Source: an uncultured Planctomycetaceae bacterium (GTDB lineage: Bacteria; Planctomycetota; Planctomycetia; Planctomycetales; Planctomycetaceae). From it: a stretch of 64,000 nt of DNA. Shown here piece by piece: positions 13,125-25,200 of this stretch. The notes below the pieces were generated by a model that did not search any database, was not told where the DNA came from, and was given only the letters and a program-made list of their open reading frames with translations. Location: assembly GCA_963813715.1 (NCBI GenBank), contig CAWFAK010000007.1, forward strand, positions 960,001 through 1,024,000. Direction: 5' to 3'. The first letter of the stretch is position 1, and every line of letters starts with the position of its first letter. The position numbers and the translations under genes are program-made.

Positions 13125-13436
13125 CTAGTCGACGTGGACTGTCGTGGTTGACACGTTCGCGGACGGATCATTCGACACTTTCGCCGAGGACACTTGTGAA
13201 ACCGCAAAAAACCTCTCCAGCTCCGCTGTCAGCTCGGGATGTTGGCCGAACAATTCCTCTTTGCTTGGAACCTGGCGGTCAGCCGCTGCCTCCCAATAAC
13301 AGTTGAGGGCGTCGTCCACCGTCAGGCCGTCAATCCCGTGCCAGAAATTGGCCTTCGTCGACCGCAAGTGGTCAAGGAGGATTTCGCTCAGCGCCGGACT
13401 CCATATCATGGGGAACGGCTTGAGAGCGCCGCTCAT
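13125..13436 (-). CDS. Small hypothetical protein resembling the N-terminal helical segment of planctomycete Ser/Thr kinases
   Basis: AAGGAG RBS; VPSKEELFGQHPELTAELERFF motif. Confidence 0.55.
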   Translation of the reverse strand: MSGALKPFPMIWSPALSEILLDHLRSTKANFWHGIDGLTVDDALNCYWEAAADRQVPSKEELFGQHPELTAELERFFAVSQVSSAKVSNDPSANVSTTTVHVD

Positions 13437-13553
13437 GGTGCACTCCTTTGATCCATCGGCTCTGGTAGCTTGTTTAGAACGCGGCGCAAAAACTGCATCG
13501 GCGCTCCTGAACGCGTTCGCCGCCTGATGCAGTGCTGTTCTCGGACATACTTA

Positions 13554-14213
13554 CTAGAGGGCTGTCTTTGATTCTTTCTTCAGCTTCTCGATGAATCCCA
13601 AAACCTGCTTGCTGTCGTGCGCCGGCTGAACCTTCGTGTTCTTGTAGAGGATCTTCCCATCCTTGCCGATGATGAATGTCCAGCGAGCGAACGATGTCTT
13701 TCTCTCCAGCCGCAGCTGTTTGCCGTTCTCGTCCATCAGGATTTTCCGGTCCGGTCCGCGGGGAACGACCTTCCCTCCAGGTTGAGTTGGGACGCCGAAT
13801 TTAGCGGCGACTTGCCCGGCGTCGTCCGCGAGCAGTGTGTAGTTCAGTTTCCATGCCTTTTTGAACAACTGGTGATTCAGGACTGAGTCGCCGCTCACGC
13901 CAATCACGGCGACGTCTTGATCCGTCAGAGTGTTCATCGTGTCGCGGAAGCTCTCGGCTTGCTTTGTGCAGCCGGTCGTGAAATCGGCAGGGTAAAAGTA
14001 GATCACCATGTATTGCTTACCCACGTGGTCGCCAGACGCCCACGGTTTTCCCCGGTCATCGATGCTTTTGAAAATTGGAGCCGCAGCTCCAACCGACAGG
14101 TTGACTGGCGCACTCTTTGTATGAGCGTTTTCCTCGGCAGCTGAGAGCCCACAGGTTGTAAACCGAGCCAGGGCAAGCAGTGTCAGAACAGCAATCAGAT
14201 TCCGCATCGTCAT
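13554..14213 (-). CDS. Secreted peroxiredoxin (BCP/AhpC-TSA family)
   Basis: Signal peptide; YFYPADFTTGCTKQA, VIGVSGD, YTLLAD and RWTFIIGKDG motifs. Confidence 0.92.
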   Translation of the reverse strand: MTMRNLIAVLTLLALARFTTCGLSAAEENAHTKSAPVNLSVGAAAPIFKSIDDRGKPWASGDHVGKQYMVIYFYPADFTTGCTKQAESFRDTMNTLTDQDVAVIGVSGDSVLNHQLFKKAWKLNYTLLADDAGQVAAKFGVPTQPGGKVVPRGPDRKILMDENGKQLRLERKTSFARWTFIIGKDGKILYKNTKVQPAHDSKQVLGFIEKLKKESKTAL

Positions 14214-14259
14214 CCTCCCTCGACAACTCTAAAGTGCAAGTAAATCGATCGGCCGTTGC

Positions 14260-17200
14260 TTACTTCGCCCCTTTCGTAGGGAGTCTGGCGGACGCTGCTT
14301 TCTCGACCCGGGAAGCGGCCGCCTTTTCCTTGCCAAGGCGAATTTCCACTTTCACAGGCTCCACCACGAGTCGCGCGGCGGTCGCCGGCGGGAACTCAGG
14401 CCAGTCCCAATCCAGTCCCCGATCAATCAGCTGCCGGCGAATGAGACGCAAGTCCCAGACGTGGATCCCTTTCCACAGGCTCACCACAACCAGCTTCGTG
14501 CCGTCCGGCGAGAAAACGGCTTGATCGACGGGATCCCGGTTGGGGTCTTCTAACAGGGCGACCTCTCTGCCTGTGGCCGGATCGCTTAAGCGAACTCCGT
14601 TCGCAGTCGGAGCAGCCGTGAGCTTGCTATCTGGTGAAAACACGGCGCACTCGCCAACCTGTGGCCCCGGTGCCCAGGTTTCCACGGCAAAGAGGCGGCC
14701 GCCGTCCAGACTGGGGGCGAGCCAGCGGCCGTCTGGGCTGAAGCAAGGAGCTTTGACTCCCCAATTCGCCAACCGCTTGACCAACCGTCCATCACGAGCA
14801 TCCCAAATCTTGGCCAACCCGCCCTCAAAGGTGGCGGTGACGACCCAACGACCGTCGGGACTGACTGCAATGAACGCCATGTCGGCGCCGGCGTCGAGCC
14901 GGATCGGTTCCTTCGAGCTTTCGGGATGCAGAATCCAACCGCCCGCAAATGGCTGCTCAGTCGAAACGGCCCGATCACAAGCTGCGATGACGCGGCCGTC
15001 GCGGCTTTCGCTGAGGCTGGTCCCGACAGACAGTCGCAGAGGTTCGGGTGGCCCGATTGACAGCTCGCCCGTGCTCTCCAATCCTTTGCCGATGGGCCAG
15101 CGGGACAGACCCGTAAGAGAAAGCGTCAACAGCGCTCCCGACGGTTCAAACAGAACCGATTTGACGCGGTCCATCGGGATAAAGGCCAGCGCGCTGCCGG
15201 TGACCAGGTCCCAAAGCCCGACGCCGTCCGCCATCCCGCAGGCGAGTAATCGGCCGTCCGGATGAACCGCCGCGCACCAGAAGTCGATTTCCCGTCCGAA
15301 CATCGCCTTGCTGGAGACGAGCGTGCGCAACGCCTCGGCACCGGCGACCTGCCAGGTTCCGACCCTGCCGTTCTGGACCCCTCCAGCCAAGCGCTGTCCA
15401 TCCCGGCTGAAGCGGCACGTGGCGACGATCGGTGGCGGCTGCATCAGCAGTTCGCCCGTGCCGACATCGATTAAGGCGACGACGTTGCCCCAACCGTAAA
15501 CCGCCATCCGGTTACCCATCTGGTCAAAGTTGATGGAATTGGCCGTGCAAGGGATTTCGAGCGTTCGATACACTCGCCACGAATTCCGATCGACCAGGCG
15601 GATTTGATGATTCTCGTAGCTGACGGCCAAAGTCCGACCGTTCGGATGCCAGGCCGTTACCAGCGGCCGGACGGTTTGCGGCAAGGAAGCAAGGACTTTC
15701 CCGGTCCGCACGTCACGAACTTGCAACCCCGGTGCGAAGTAGGAGGAGACCGCCACCAGAGGTTCTGTGGGATGCAGGGCGATCGTTATTCCCTTCGTGA
15801 GCGTATCGGGCGCGAGGCGGCTCGTTTGCCTGGCGGTGGGCAGGTCGAAGAAGCGAATCGTGCCGTCGCTGTACGCCAGAGCCACCTCTTGCGAATCTCG
15901 AAAGGCGACACAGCAGGTTTTCGACTCGGACATGAGTTGGCGGGGCGCCGATCCGTCCAACTGCCACACATCGATTCCCAAAGTGACATCGCTGTCTGCA
16001 TCCACCCGGGTCAGGGCGATGAACTTGCCATCGCGGCTCAGCAAGGGAACGGCCGGCGACCCCGAGCCCGGCAAATGGTAGATCTCAGCGTCGTTCGACA
16101 TGCGCCGGATGCTGCAACTCCCCGCTCGATCGGTGCGGGCCAGGATCGAATGAGCTTCGTCGAAGTCGATCCGAATCGCATCGGCCGGCCAGCTATTCCA
16201 AGGCCCCGTCAGGTACAGATCCGGCACGGCCAGTGCGGCAATCACGGCGTTGCGCAGCTCGTGGAAGTTTGCGGCTGGCAGATTCAGAGTCCGGGCCAGT
16301 TGCGTAGCCTGTCCCAATGTTTCGAGGCTCTGGAAACGCTGGCCGGAACGATGACTCAAGCGCAGCTGCCCGAGCTTGAGCGACCAGCGACTGCCAGAGC
16401 TGTTCCGAACGTGTTCGTTCGCTGTTTTGGGCCGCAGCCAGTGCGGCAACCTTGTCTGAGAGTGCGATCTTCGTCTCTTTCGCGGCTTGAACGGCTTCGG
16501 CCTTTGCATCAGTCGCGGTGAGCATCCCCCAGGTCGTGCCGACGATGCCGGCAACCATGGCCAGCAGCACGGCTACCGACGCGAACACGGGCCCTCGATG
16601 TCGCCGCACAAATTTCCGCACGCGGTACGTGCGCGACGGCGGACAAGCCTCCACCGGCTCGTCGGCCAAATAGCGCTGGACATCCATTGCCAGGCCATTG
16701 GCCGTCTCGTAGCGCTGGGTTCGGTCTTTCTCGAGCGTCTTCATGACGATCCAGTCCAGCTCGCCGCGGATGAGCTGGCCGAGATGGTTTGGATCGACAA
16801 GTCGGTGAGCGGCCACGGCGCTGCACGTCGGACCGAGCGTACTGATGCGAGTGCTCGGCTTGGGAGGTTCCTCCTCCCGAATGATCCGGCGAATTTCGTC
16901 GAACGCCGCGAGCCGCAGACGCTCCTTGTCGAAGGGCGTGCTGCCGGTGAGCAGCTCATACAGCAGCACGCCCAGAGAATAGATGTCGGCCCGCGTGTCG
17001 ATATCCAGGCTGCTCATCTCCGCCTGTTCCGGACTCATGTAGAGCGGCGTGCCGATCATCTCGGCAAAGCGCGTGAAGAGCGTCTCCGGCGTGAGTTGCT
17101 GATCGATCGCCTTGGCCACGCCAAAGTCGATCACCTTCGGTACTGGCCGGCCGTCGCTCAGCGTGACGAGCACGTTCGAGGGCTTGATATCGCGGTGAAT

Positions 17201-17788
17201 GATCCCCTTCTGATGGGCGTGCTGCACCGCGTGGCAAACTAGCACGAACAAGTCCAAGCGCTTGCGCACGGCAAGGTTGTTACGATCGCAGTACTCGGTG
17301 ATCGGCACGCCGCGAACCAGCTCCATCACAAAGTAGGGCCGCCCGGAATCCGTGGCACCGGCGTCGAGTGCCCGAGCGATGTTCGGGTGGTCCATCAATG
17401 ACAGCGCCTGCAGCTCGGCTTTGAACCGCGCGAGTACCCGGCTCGTATCCATGCCCGGCTTGATGACTTTGAGCGCCACGCGCCGGCGGACCGGCGCCTG
17501 CTGGTCGGCCATATAGACGATGCCGAAGCCACCTTCGCCGATCTGCTCCAACAACTTGTACGGACCGATCACGGTGCCGGGCAGTGCGACGGCGACGGGA
17601 TCGGAAACCGTCGAGGCAAAACCGGGCGCCGGCCCGTCTAACAGACCGTCAGGGTTGTCGTGCGCCAGAAGAAGGGCGTCCAGATGTTGGCGAAGGACGG
17701 GGTCGCCAGCGCAGGCCCGCTCAAGAAAAGCGTCGCGCTCGCCCACCGGACGTTGCAACGCCTCGTGAAAGATCGTTTCCTCGCGCAT
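14260..17788 (-). CDS. Ser/Thr protein kinase with TM helix and WD40-repeat C-terminus (frameshift ~16365)
   Basis: [21 protein letters not shown] and [12 protein letters not shown] segment; WD40 repeats in ORF 14260..16554. Confidence 0.93.
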
Positions 17789-17883
17789 GGCCCCGTTCTG
17801 ACTGTTGGAAGCCTCTTTTTAAGACAAGCGACAAACAAGGCGCGCCGGCACCAGCCGTCCCGGAAAACAAATTCGACGCCGTG

Positions 17884-18444
17884 CTAACTGAGTTGGCCAC
17901 GGACCTCGGCCTGCAGCCAAGCCCGTGAATACGCCCAGTAGCGGTCAGCCGTGCTTTTGGAGAGGCCCAAGACCTCGGCCGCCTGATCTCCAGTAAGTCC
18001 AGCGAAATACCGCAGCTCGACCAGTTGGGCCTTGAGCGGATCCTGGGCGGCCAACTTCTGCATGGCCTCACTCAAAGCCAGAAGCACGTCGTCGTCCGTC
18101 TCCACGTCGGCAAGATCGCTCAAAGGTTCCCGCCGGAGTTGTCCGCCGCGCTTGTCCGCCTTCTTGTGGCGAGCGTAATCGATCAAAATGCGGCGCATCG
18201 CAGTGGCCGCAGCCGTAAAGAAGTGCGCGCGATCCCGGTAGAGCCGAGGCGTTTCGGTCCCGACCAGCCGGAGATAAGCCTCGTGGACGAGGGCCGTCGC
18301 TTGCAGCGTCTGGCCAGGATTCTCTTGGGCCAACTTGTGCCCAGCCAGTCGCCGCAGCTCTTCATAGACCAGCGGTAACAGCCGTTCGGCGGCTCGCGAA
18401 TCGCCTTGCTCGATTGCGAACAGAATTTGCGTCACATCGCTCAT
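17884..18444 (-). CDS. ECF sigma factor, TIGR02999/ECF43-like
   Basis: MSDVTQIL, LLPLVYEELRRLA, TLQATALVHEAYLRL, LRYFAGL and WAYSRAWL. Confidence 0.95.
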   Translation of the reverse strand: MSDVTQILFAIEQGDSRAAERLLPLVYEELRRLAGHKLAQENPGQTLQATALVHEAYLRLVGTETPRLYRDRAHFFTAAATAMRRILIDYARHKKADKRGGQLRREPLSDLADVETDDDVLLALSEAMQKLAAQDPLKAQLVELRYFAGLTGDQAAEVLGLSKSTADRYWAYSRAWLQAEVRGQLS

Positions 18445-18623
18445 ACGGGTTCCGGTGGAACCCCCAAAGGGATCCGTGAGCATAGCCGCATCCGACTTCC
18501 CGAATCCACTCCAACGCGGCCCGCGCCCGCGGAAGTCTGATGAGATCTGTCCCGGGAAAACGTTGGCTTTCTGCCGCCGATTGGCAGAATGACCATGTCT
18601 CGCGGTGCAGTCACGGAAGTCGG

Positions 18624-19139
18624 TTACTTAGTCGGCTCCAAAGAGCCGAAATTTAAGGGGAGCGTGTCGACATAGTTTAACCCCGCCCCGATTTCGATGT
18701 ACGACAGTAACTCATAGCCGGACGTCAGGATTGACGAGCCGTTGTATCCCACCAGAGACTTTCCAGGCACGGTGATGCCGAGAATTGGAACGATGGGCCC
18801 TTCGGTAATCCCGATCCCAATAACTGGCCCGCGATAAGAGTAGTCGACCACATGCGAGACTTTGTCAAAGACGAACTGCACGACGGAACCGTCGGTGACA
18901 CTCAAATCCGCGGAAAGCACCTTGCCCGTGGCAGTATCAATCGTGACGGTCCCGGACAACTCCCAACCATTCTCGAACTCCCCAGACGCCGTGAACACCA
19001 CGGGTGCCGCCGCCGCCTGACCGACCAGGGCAAGCTGGACTCCGACCAGGATCAATGCCCGCAAGGCCCACTTCGAGAGATGCCCCACAACTCGGGTTGG
19101 AAGTAGGGCGAGTGAAAGTTCAGGGGTTGCTTGTCGCAT
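18624..19139 (-). CDS. Secreted beta-rich protein, PEP-CTERM-type passenger without a sorting tail
   Basis: Signal-like N-terminus (AAAAP) and LSGTVTIDTATG motif; GGAAAGG upstream. Confidence 0.6.
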   Translation of the reverse strand: MRQATPELSLALLPTRVVGHLSKWALRALILVGVQLALVGQAAAAPVVFTASGEFENGWELSGTVTIDTATGKVLSADLSVTDGSVVQFVFDKVSHVVDYSYRGPVIGIGITEGPIVPILGITVPGKSLVGYNGSSILTSGYELLSYIEIGAGLNYVDTLPLNFGSLEPTK

Positions 19140-19305
19140 TAGCCTTTCCCCTTACAGGCTGGGAACGCAAGGTATCGCAAATTGACGCCGAACTCAGATC
19201 GAGACCGCAGGTCGCTTCGGGCGTCCGCCGTGTGTGAACGCCAAGAAGAATCGTTCGTTCGTTCCAGGGAACTTCGGCCTCGATAATTCCTGTGTCTCCA
19301 AAGAA

Positions 19306-19520
19306 CAGAGCGGAATCGGCGACGAAATCACCCCACAATTCGCGACAAATTCCCGCGAGAAATCTCCAGTCGGCCTGGGCGTTTTCAGTCCGTTCCAGCT
19401 CGGTGCAGAGCCACGCTGGAGCGTAAGCCCAATGGCGATCAGCCGTTATCGAAGAGATGACGAGTGCTTCGAAAGCTTGCGGTGTCGACCGACCCGCGAA
19501 ATAGCGAAGTTTGGCCAGAT
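19306..19520 (-). pseudogene. Second ECF sigma 3' relic; copy 2 of the ~190-bp repeat
   Basis: LAKLRYFAGRSTPQAFEALVISSITADRHWAYAPAWL, with DNA similarity to 10133..10325. Confidence 0.8.
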
Positions 19521-20038
19521 CGGGCCTTAACCTTGTCCTGCTTCTGACGATCAGCGTCTCGGATTCCACGAGTTTCTGGGACTCAAAGGGCGTGTCGCTG
19601 ACAGGATGGCTGTCCGAAGCCGGACAGGGCGCAACTAGATGATGCGCAATTCCCGCAATTGGGTCGATTTTCGGCGTTCGCAGAAAACGGTTGAGTTTCG
19701 CGGAACTGTGGGGGTCGGCGTGTGCGTCCGCAATCACCTCGGCTTGATCCGAGCCTTTGAAGCCTCTCCAACTAGAGCAAACGGATGACCTCGCCGATTT
19801 CTCTGGAGCGTCCGTCAAAGCCGACCGCTGACCCTTTGCGACTTCAATCTTCCTCGAGGGGATTGATCTCCGGAAGAACCATCACTTTAAACGCACGATC
19901 GGCCTCCTGGGAAACTTGATGCAAGCACTGGCGAATCTCGGTGATTCGTCGGATATATCGAGATGCCAGGCGCCGACCACCGACCACAAGTCGGTCCGGA
20001 GCAGCATCGACCCGGCGGATTCTCATTGTGGGGACGTT

Positions 20039-22195
20039 TCAAAGCCGGGCAAACAAAGCGCCGAGTGACTCTTCGTAATGCTTCCAGCGAGCGACCGACC
20101 GGCGATAAATCGGCTGGCGGACCTGCGCGACGCTCGCGGTACGGACCGGCCTCGTACCCGTATGGAACTGCAAGCAGGCCGGTTCCCACTCCAGGCCACA
20201 CCACTGCACCAGCCTGTGCGCGGTCCTTTCGACATCCGCAACGGTTTCCTCGTAATCCACGTCCAGCAGTTGGACCGGCAGCACTTCGCGCCAGTGCTGC
20301 ATGAGCCGCTGGTACTTTTGGAAGCGACTGACAATGTGCTCGGGATCATTGGCCCAGCGGATCGCGCGGAAGTTGGTCATCCAGCAGGAGACGGCATTGT
20401 CTCGCAGATCACGGCGGCAATGGATGAATTTCGCCCTCGGAAAGAGCACCGTCAGCAGACTCAGGTAGAGGTAGTTGTCAGGCATCTTGTCCACGACGCG
20501 CAGCCGATCGCCGTTCAGTTCCTGCAGCCGGCCCAGATGGCGTTCCCCGAGGCGGCGGGCCGTCGCCTGATCGAGGCCCGCCAGGGCGTCCACGGCGGGG
20601 TTGTCCCGGGAAGCCAGTCCCTCGAACTCGTCGCGTGCCAGGCGCAGCTCGCCGGCGCCGAAAATTTGCGAATGGCTCGCCAGGATTTGCTCAGTCAGCG
20701 TCGTACCGGAGCGCGGCAGCCCGATGATGAAGATGGGCCGTTCGCTGTCCAGCCCGAAGCCCCTCACACGCTCAAAGAAGGCGGACGTGCTGATCGCCAT
20801 TATACGGTCCACAAAGCGGGCGTGCGCGACGGCATCATAGTCCTGGCCGCGTTTCCGCGCCACGGCGCCCGCCAGGACGTTCGCTTGCTGCAACAGTTCG
20901 GCGGCCTCGGTGTAAGCCCCGCGGGCATCGTAGACCTGGGCAAGGCCGAACTGGAGAGCACTGCGCCGCGCGTCCGACAGGTCGGGGTCAGACCGCAGTT
21001 GGCACAGGGCTGCCAGGTCCTCGTCGGGGAGCGTCTGGCGTAGCATCGTTGCCAGTTGAGCATGGGCCGCGGTATGGCGCGGGTCGTGCCGCAAGGCCGT
21101 GCGCCAGCAGCTTTCCGCCGCCACCAGATCGCCAAGCTCCTCGCGCACCTGGCCGAGAGCGGCGTGGGCCGCCGGCAGGTCGGGGTTGCAGTGCAGGGCC
21201 TGACGATAGTGGTCCTGTGCCTGTTCGAGGTCACCCTGCTCGTGCCTCACGCCACCGAGGCCACAGTGGGCCTCCGCGCAGTCCGGATCGAGGCGCAGAG
21301 CCAGGCGATACTGGACAGTGGCCTCGTCGTACTTCTCTCCTTCGGCAAGCAGACTGGCGAGGTTGCAGCGGAAACGTGCCGAGTCGGGATCGATCTGGAT
21401 GGCCCGCTCATACCAGGTCAGAGCCTGGTCCAAAGCGTTCTCCTCGTGAAGTGCCTGACCGATGTTGTTGTAGGTCATGGCCAGGTCCGGGTTGAGCCGC
21501 AGTGCCTCGCCGTAGCATTGGCGCGCCTCGGCCAAACGCCCCGCTTCTCGCAGCGCGTTGCCGAGATTGTTGTGCGCTTCCGCCAACTCGGGGCGCAGGC
21601 GGACAGCGACGCGGAGGGATTCAAGGGACTCATGCGGCCGGTGCCGCTCCAGCAGCAGTTGCCCAAGATTACTGTGCGCCTCGGCCAGGCCAGGCTCCAT
21701 GGCCACGGCACTCCGGAAATGCGTTTCAGCTTCTTGCAAGTCGCCACGCTGGCGCAGGGCGTTGCCGAGGTTGTTGCAAGCCATGGCGAAATCCGGCTTG
21801 AATCGCAGCGCCTCGGCGAACCGGGCAATCGCCTCGTCGGTCTTGCCCTGACCGAGAAGGGCCAGTCCCAGATTATTGGCGACTTCGGGGTAGTGAGGCC
21901 GCAGTCCCAAAGCAACCTGGCAACTGGCGACCGCCCGGTCGAGCTGGCCCAGCAGGCGGTAGGCCTCGGCCAGGTTGGCATGATAGATCGCGTTCTTCGG
22001 GTCGCCGGCGACGGCGCGGCCGATCAACAGGACTGCGCGAGCGTGGTCGCCCTTTTGGTGGGCAACGACACCCAACAAGTGCAGTGCCTCCACGTGGCGC
22101 GGCTGATCCGCCAGGATCGCCTGGTAGAGTCGCGCCGCCTCTTCGAGGCGCCCGTGCTGATGATGTTGCAAGGCAATCTGGAGTGTATCTGCCAT
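20039..22195 (-). CDS. TPR-repeat sulfotransferase family protein
   Basis: Many TPRs followed by the PIFIIGLPRSGTTLTEQILASHS PAPS-binding loop, DKMPDN and RTASVAQVRQPIY. Confidence 0.93.
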   Translation of the reverse strand: MADTLQIALQHHQHGRLEEAARLYQAILADQPRHVEALHLLGVVAHQKGDHARAVLLIGRAVAGDPKNAIYHANLAEAYRLLGQLDRAVASCQVALGLRPHYPEVANNLGLALLGQGKTDEAIARFAEALRFKPDFAMACNNLGNALRQRGDLQEAETHFRSAVAMEPGLAEAHSNLGQLLLERHRPHESLESLRVAVRLRPELAEAHNNLGNALREAGRLAEARQCYGEALRLNPDLAMTYNNIGQALHEENALDQALTWYERAIQIDPDSARFRCNLASLLAEGEKYDEATVQYRLALRLDPDCAEAHCGLGGVRHEQGDLEQAQDHYRQALHCNPDLPAAHAALGQVREELGDLVAAESCWRTALRHDPRHTAAHAQLATMLRQTLPDEDLAALCQLRSDPDLSDARRSALQFGLAQVYDARGAYTEAAELLQQANVLAGAVARKRGQDYDAVAHARFVDRIMAISTSAFFERVRGFGLDSERPIFIIGLPRSGTTLTEQILASHSQIFGAGELRLARDEFEGLASRDNPAVDALAGLDQATARRLGERHLGRLQELNGDRLRVVDKMPDNYLYLSLLTVLFPRAKFIHCRRDLRDNAVSCWMTNFRAIRWANDPEHIVSRFQKYQRLMQHWREVLPVQLLDVDYEETVADVERTAHRLVQWCGLEWEPACLQFHTGTRPVRTASVAQVRQPIYRRSVARWKHYEESLGALFARL

Positions 22196-22268
22196 TGTGG
22201 TAACTGCGCATTGATTTGCTACTTGTCGTCAACAATGGCGATCGGAATCGTCGCCGGCGGCATGACGA

Positions 22269-25200
22269 TCACCCGTCGACGGTCAGACTGTAGGCTTGTC
22301 TGACGGTCGCCCCGGTGCCGTCGGTGACGACGATGGTGAATGTAAACTTGCCCGATCGAGTCGGCTTGCCGGTGATCACGCCGGAGCTGCTCAGCTTTAA
22401 GCCGCTCGGCAGGCTGCTGCCCGAAGCCAGGGCGAACGTGTAGTCGGCACCGGATCCTCCCTTGGCCGTGAGCTTGTCGTCGACCGCGTCACCGACAGTG
22501 GCGACCGGCAGCGTGGTGGGGCTCAGCGTGATGGCCGGGTCCACAGTCAGCGTGTACGCCCGGCTGCCGGTGGCGCCGATACTGTCGGTAGCAACGATGG
22601 TGAATGTGTCCTTGCCCGACTGAGCGGGCGTGCCGGTGATGACACCGGCCGTGCTGAGCGTCAAGCCGCTTGGCAGGCTGCTGCCCGAGGCCAGGGCGAA
22701 CGTGTAGTCGGCACCGGATCCTCCCTTGGCCGTGAGCTTGTCGTCGATGGCGTCACCGACAGTGGCGACCGGCAGGGTGGTGGGGCTCAGCGTGATGGCC
22801 GGGTCCACAGTCAGCGTGTAAGCCCGGCTGCCGGTGAGATGGGAATTCGATTTATCGGTAGCGACAATCGTGAAGCGGAACGGCGAACCGCTCGTCGTCG
22901 TCGGTGTGCCGCTTAGAACGCCGGCACTCGTCAGCTTCAGTCCTGCGGGCAATTTACCGCCAGTTGCCAACGCAAAGGTATAGCTGCCCGAGCCGCCGGA
23001 GGCCGTGATCGTCACCGGGCTATAGCTGTCGCCGACGGTGGCATTCGGAAGCGAGGCCGGAGTCAGCGTCAGGGTGCTGGCGGGATTGACCGTAAGGGTA
23101 TACTGCCGACTTCCGGTCTCACTCGCGTAGACGGTGTCGGATGCCACGATGGTGAAAGTGTATGAGCCCGCGGTGGAAGTGGTGCCGGAGACGGTTCCCG
23201 AATTGGACAGCGTCAGCCCCGCCGGTAGGCTGCTCCCCGGGGCCAGGGCAAAGGTATAGCTGCCCGAGCCGCCGGAGGCCGTGATCGTCACCGGGCTATA
23301 GCTGTCGCCGACGGTGGCATTCGGAAGCGAGGCCGGAGTCAGCGTCAGGGTGCTGGCGGGATTGACCGTAAGGGTATACTGCCGACTTCCGGTCTCACTC
23401 GCGTAGACGGTGTCGGATGCCACGATGGTGAAAGTGTATGAGCCCGCGGTGGAAGTGGTGCCGGAGACGGTTCCCGAATTGGACAGCGTCAGCCCCGCCG
23501 GTAGGCTGCTCCCCGGGGCCAGGGCAAAGGTATAGCTGCCCGAACCGCCGGAGGCGGTGATCGTCACCGCGCTATAGCTGTCGCCGACGGTGGCATTCGG
23601 AAGCGAGGTCGGAGTCAGCGTCAGGGTGCTGGCGGGATTGACCGTAAGGGTGTACTGCCGGCTTCCGGTCTCACCCGCGTAGACGGTGTCGGATGCCACG
23701 ATGGTGAAAGTGTACGAGCCCGCGGTGGAAGTGATGCCGGAGACGGTTCCCGAATTGGACAGCGTCAGCCCCGCCGGGAGGCTGCTCCCCGGGGCCAGGG
23801 CATAGGTATAAGAGCCCGAACCGCCGGAGGCGGTGATCGTCGCGCTGTACGACTGGTTGGCGGTGTCCGTGGCGAGTGATGTCGGAGATAAGGTGAGCGG
23901 AAGGTAGGTGAACTGATCGGGCGATGAGGTGGTTGAGGTGCCGCCCAACGTCGTCACTGTCACATTGACCGTGCCCGTTCCCGCCGGACTCGTGGCAACG
24001 ATCGTCGAGCCGCTGTCACTGACGATTGTCGCCGGATGGCCGGTGCCGAAATCGACCGTGGCCGTCGACGCCGTACCCAGGTTGCTGCCGGTAATGGTCA
24101 CCGACGTTCCCCCGGAAGCCGGCCCTTGAGTCGTGTTGATACTGCTGACGATCGGGGCGGCCACGTTGGTCGCCTGGACCTCGAAGGCGCCGATATCGAT
24201 CGATCCGTTCACGATGCGCGGGAAGCCTGGACCGCGCTGATCGTAGGCGGGGGCGTCGGCCGTGTCTCCGGAATTGATGGCGGGACTACCGGGCAAGAGG
24301 GCCATGGTCTGGGTCGGGCCGCCGTTATTCTGGAGCGGGCCAAGCTGCGGATTGACGTTGAGTAGATCGCTGGCCGCGAAGCCGCTGCCGCCGGTCGAAT
24401 TGCCGATCAGGTTGTTACCGAGCGAGGTGAGGCCGCCATCCAGATCGGGGCTCGCCGTAATGGCAGTATCGTTGGCGACGATGGTGTCGTAGATCTGCAA
24501 CGAGCTGGATCCGGCGGCGTTGTCGATGCCACCGCCGACGGCAGTTCCATTGCTGCCAATGGATCCCTTGTCGTCGGGGCCGCCGCCAGGCCCACCGTTG
24601 CCGACAGCGGCTTGATTGCCGCTGAGGGTATCGTTGCTCAGCGTGACCGTGCCTGCCGCCACGTACAAGCCGCCGCCCGAACCAACGCCACCGCTGCCGC
24701 CGTTGCCGCTGCCGTAACCGCCGGTGCCGCCGTTGCCGCCACCAGCTTGATTGTTGTCGAGGGTATCGTTGCTCAGCGTGACGCTGCCTCCCGCGACGTA
24801 CGAGCCGCCGCCCAAACCAGCGCCGCCGCTTCCGCCAGGACCGCCGCGACCGCCAGGGATGCCGCCGTAGCCGCTGGCGCCGCCGGCGGCGGCGGCACCT
24901 GCGCCACCGTTGCCGCCAGTGGCCTGATTACCGCTGAGGGTATCGCTGGTCAGCGTGACCGTGCCTGCCGCCACGTACAAACCACCGGCCGAGCCAGCGC
25001 CGCCGTTGCCGCCGGCCTGGACGTTCACTGCGCCATTACCGGGGTTGGATTGGATGCCGTTGGCACCGTCGCCGCCAGTGGCTTGATTACCACTGAGGGT
25101 ATCGTTGGTGAGCGTGACGCTGCCTCCTGCGACGTACAAGCCGCCGCCCGAACCGGCTCCGCCGCCGGCGGAGCCTGCCGACCCCCACTCGGTAGCAGTT

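Noticed and set aside
22973..23840. Regular repeats as a possible CRISPR array
   Set aside because: Units are 276 bp, in frame within a CDS, with no unique spacers and no cas genes.
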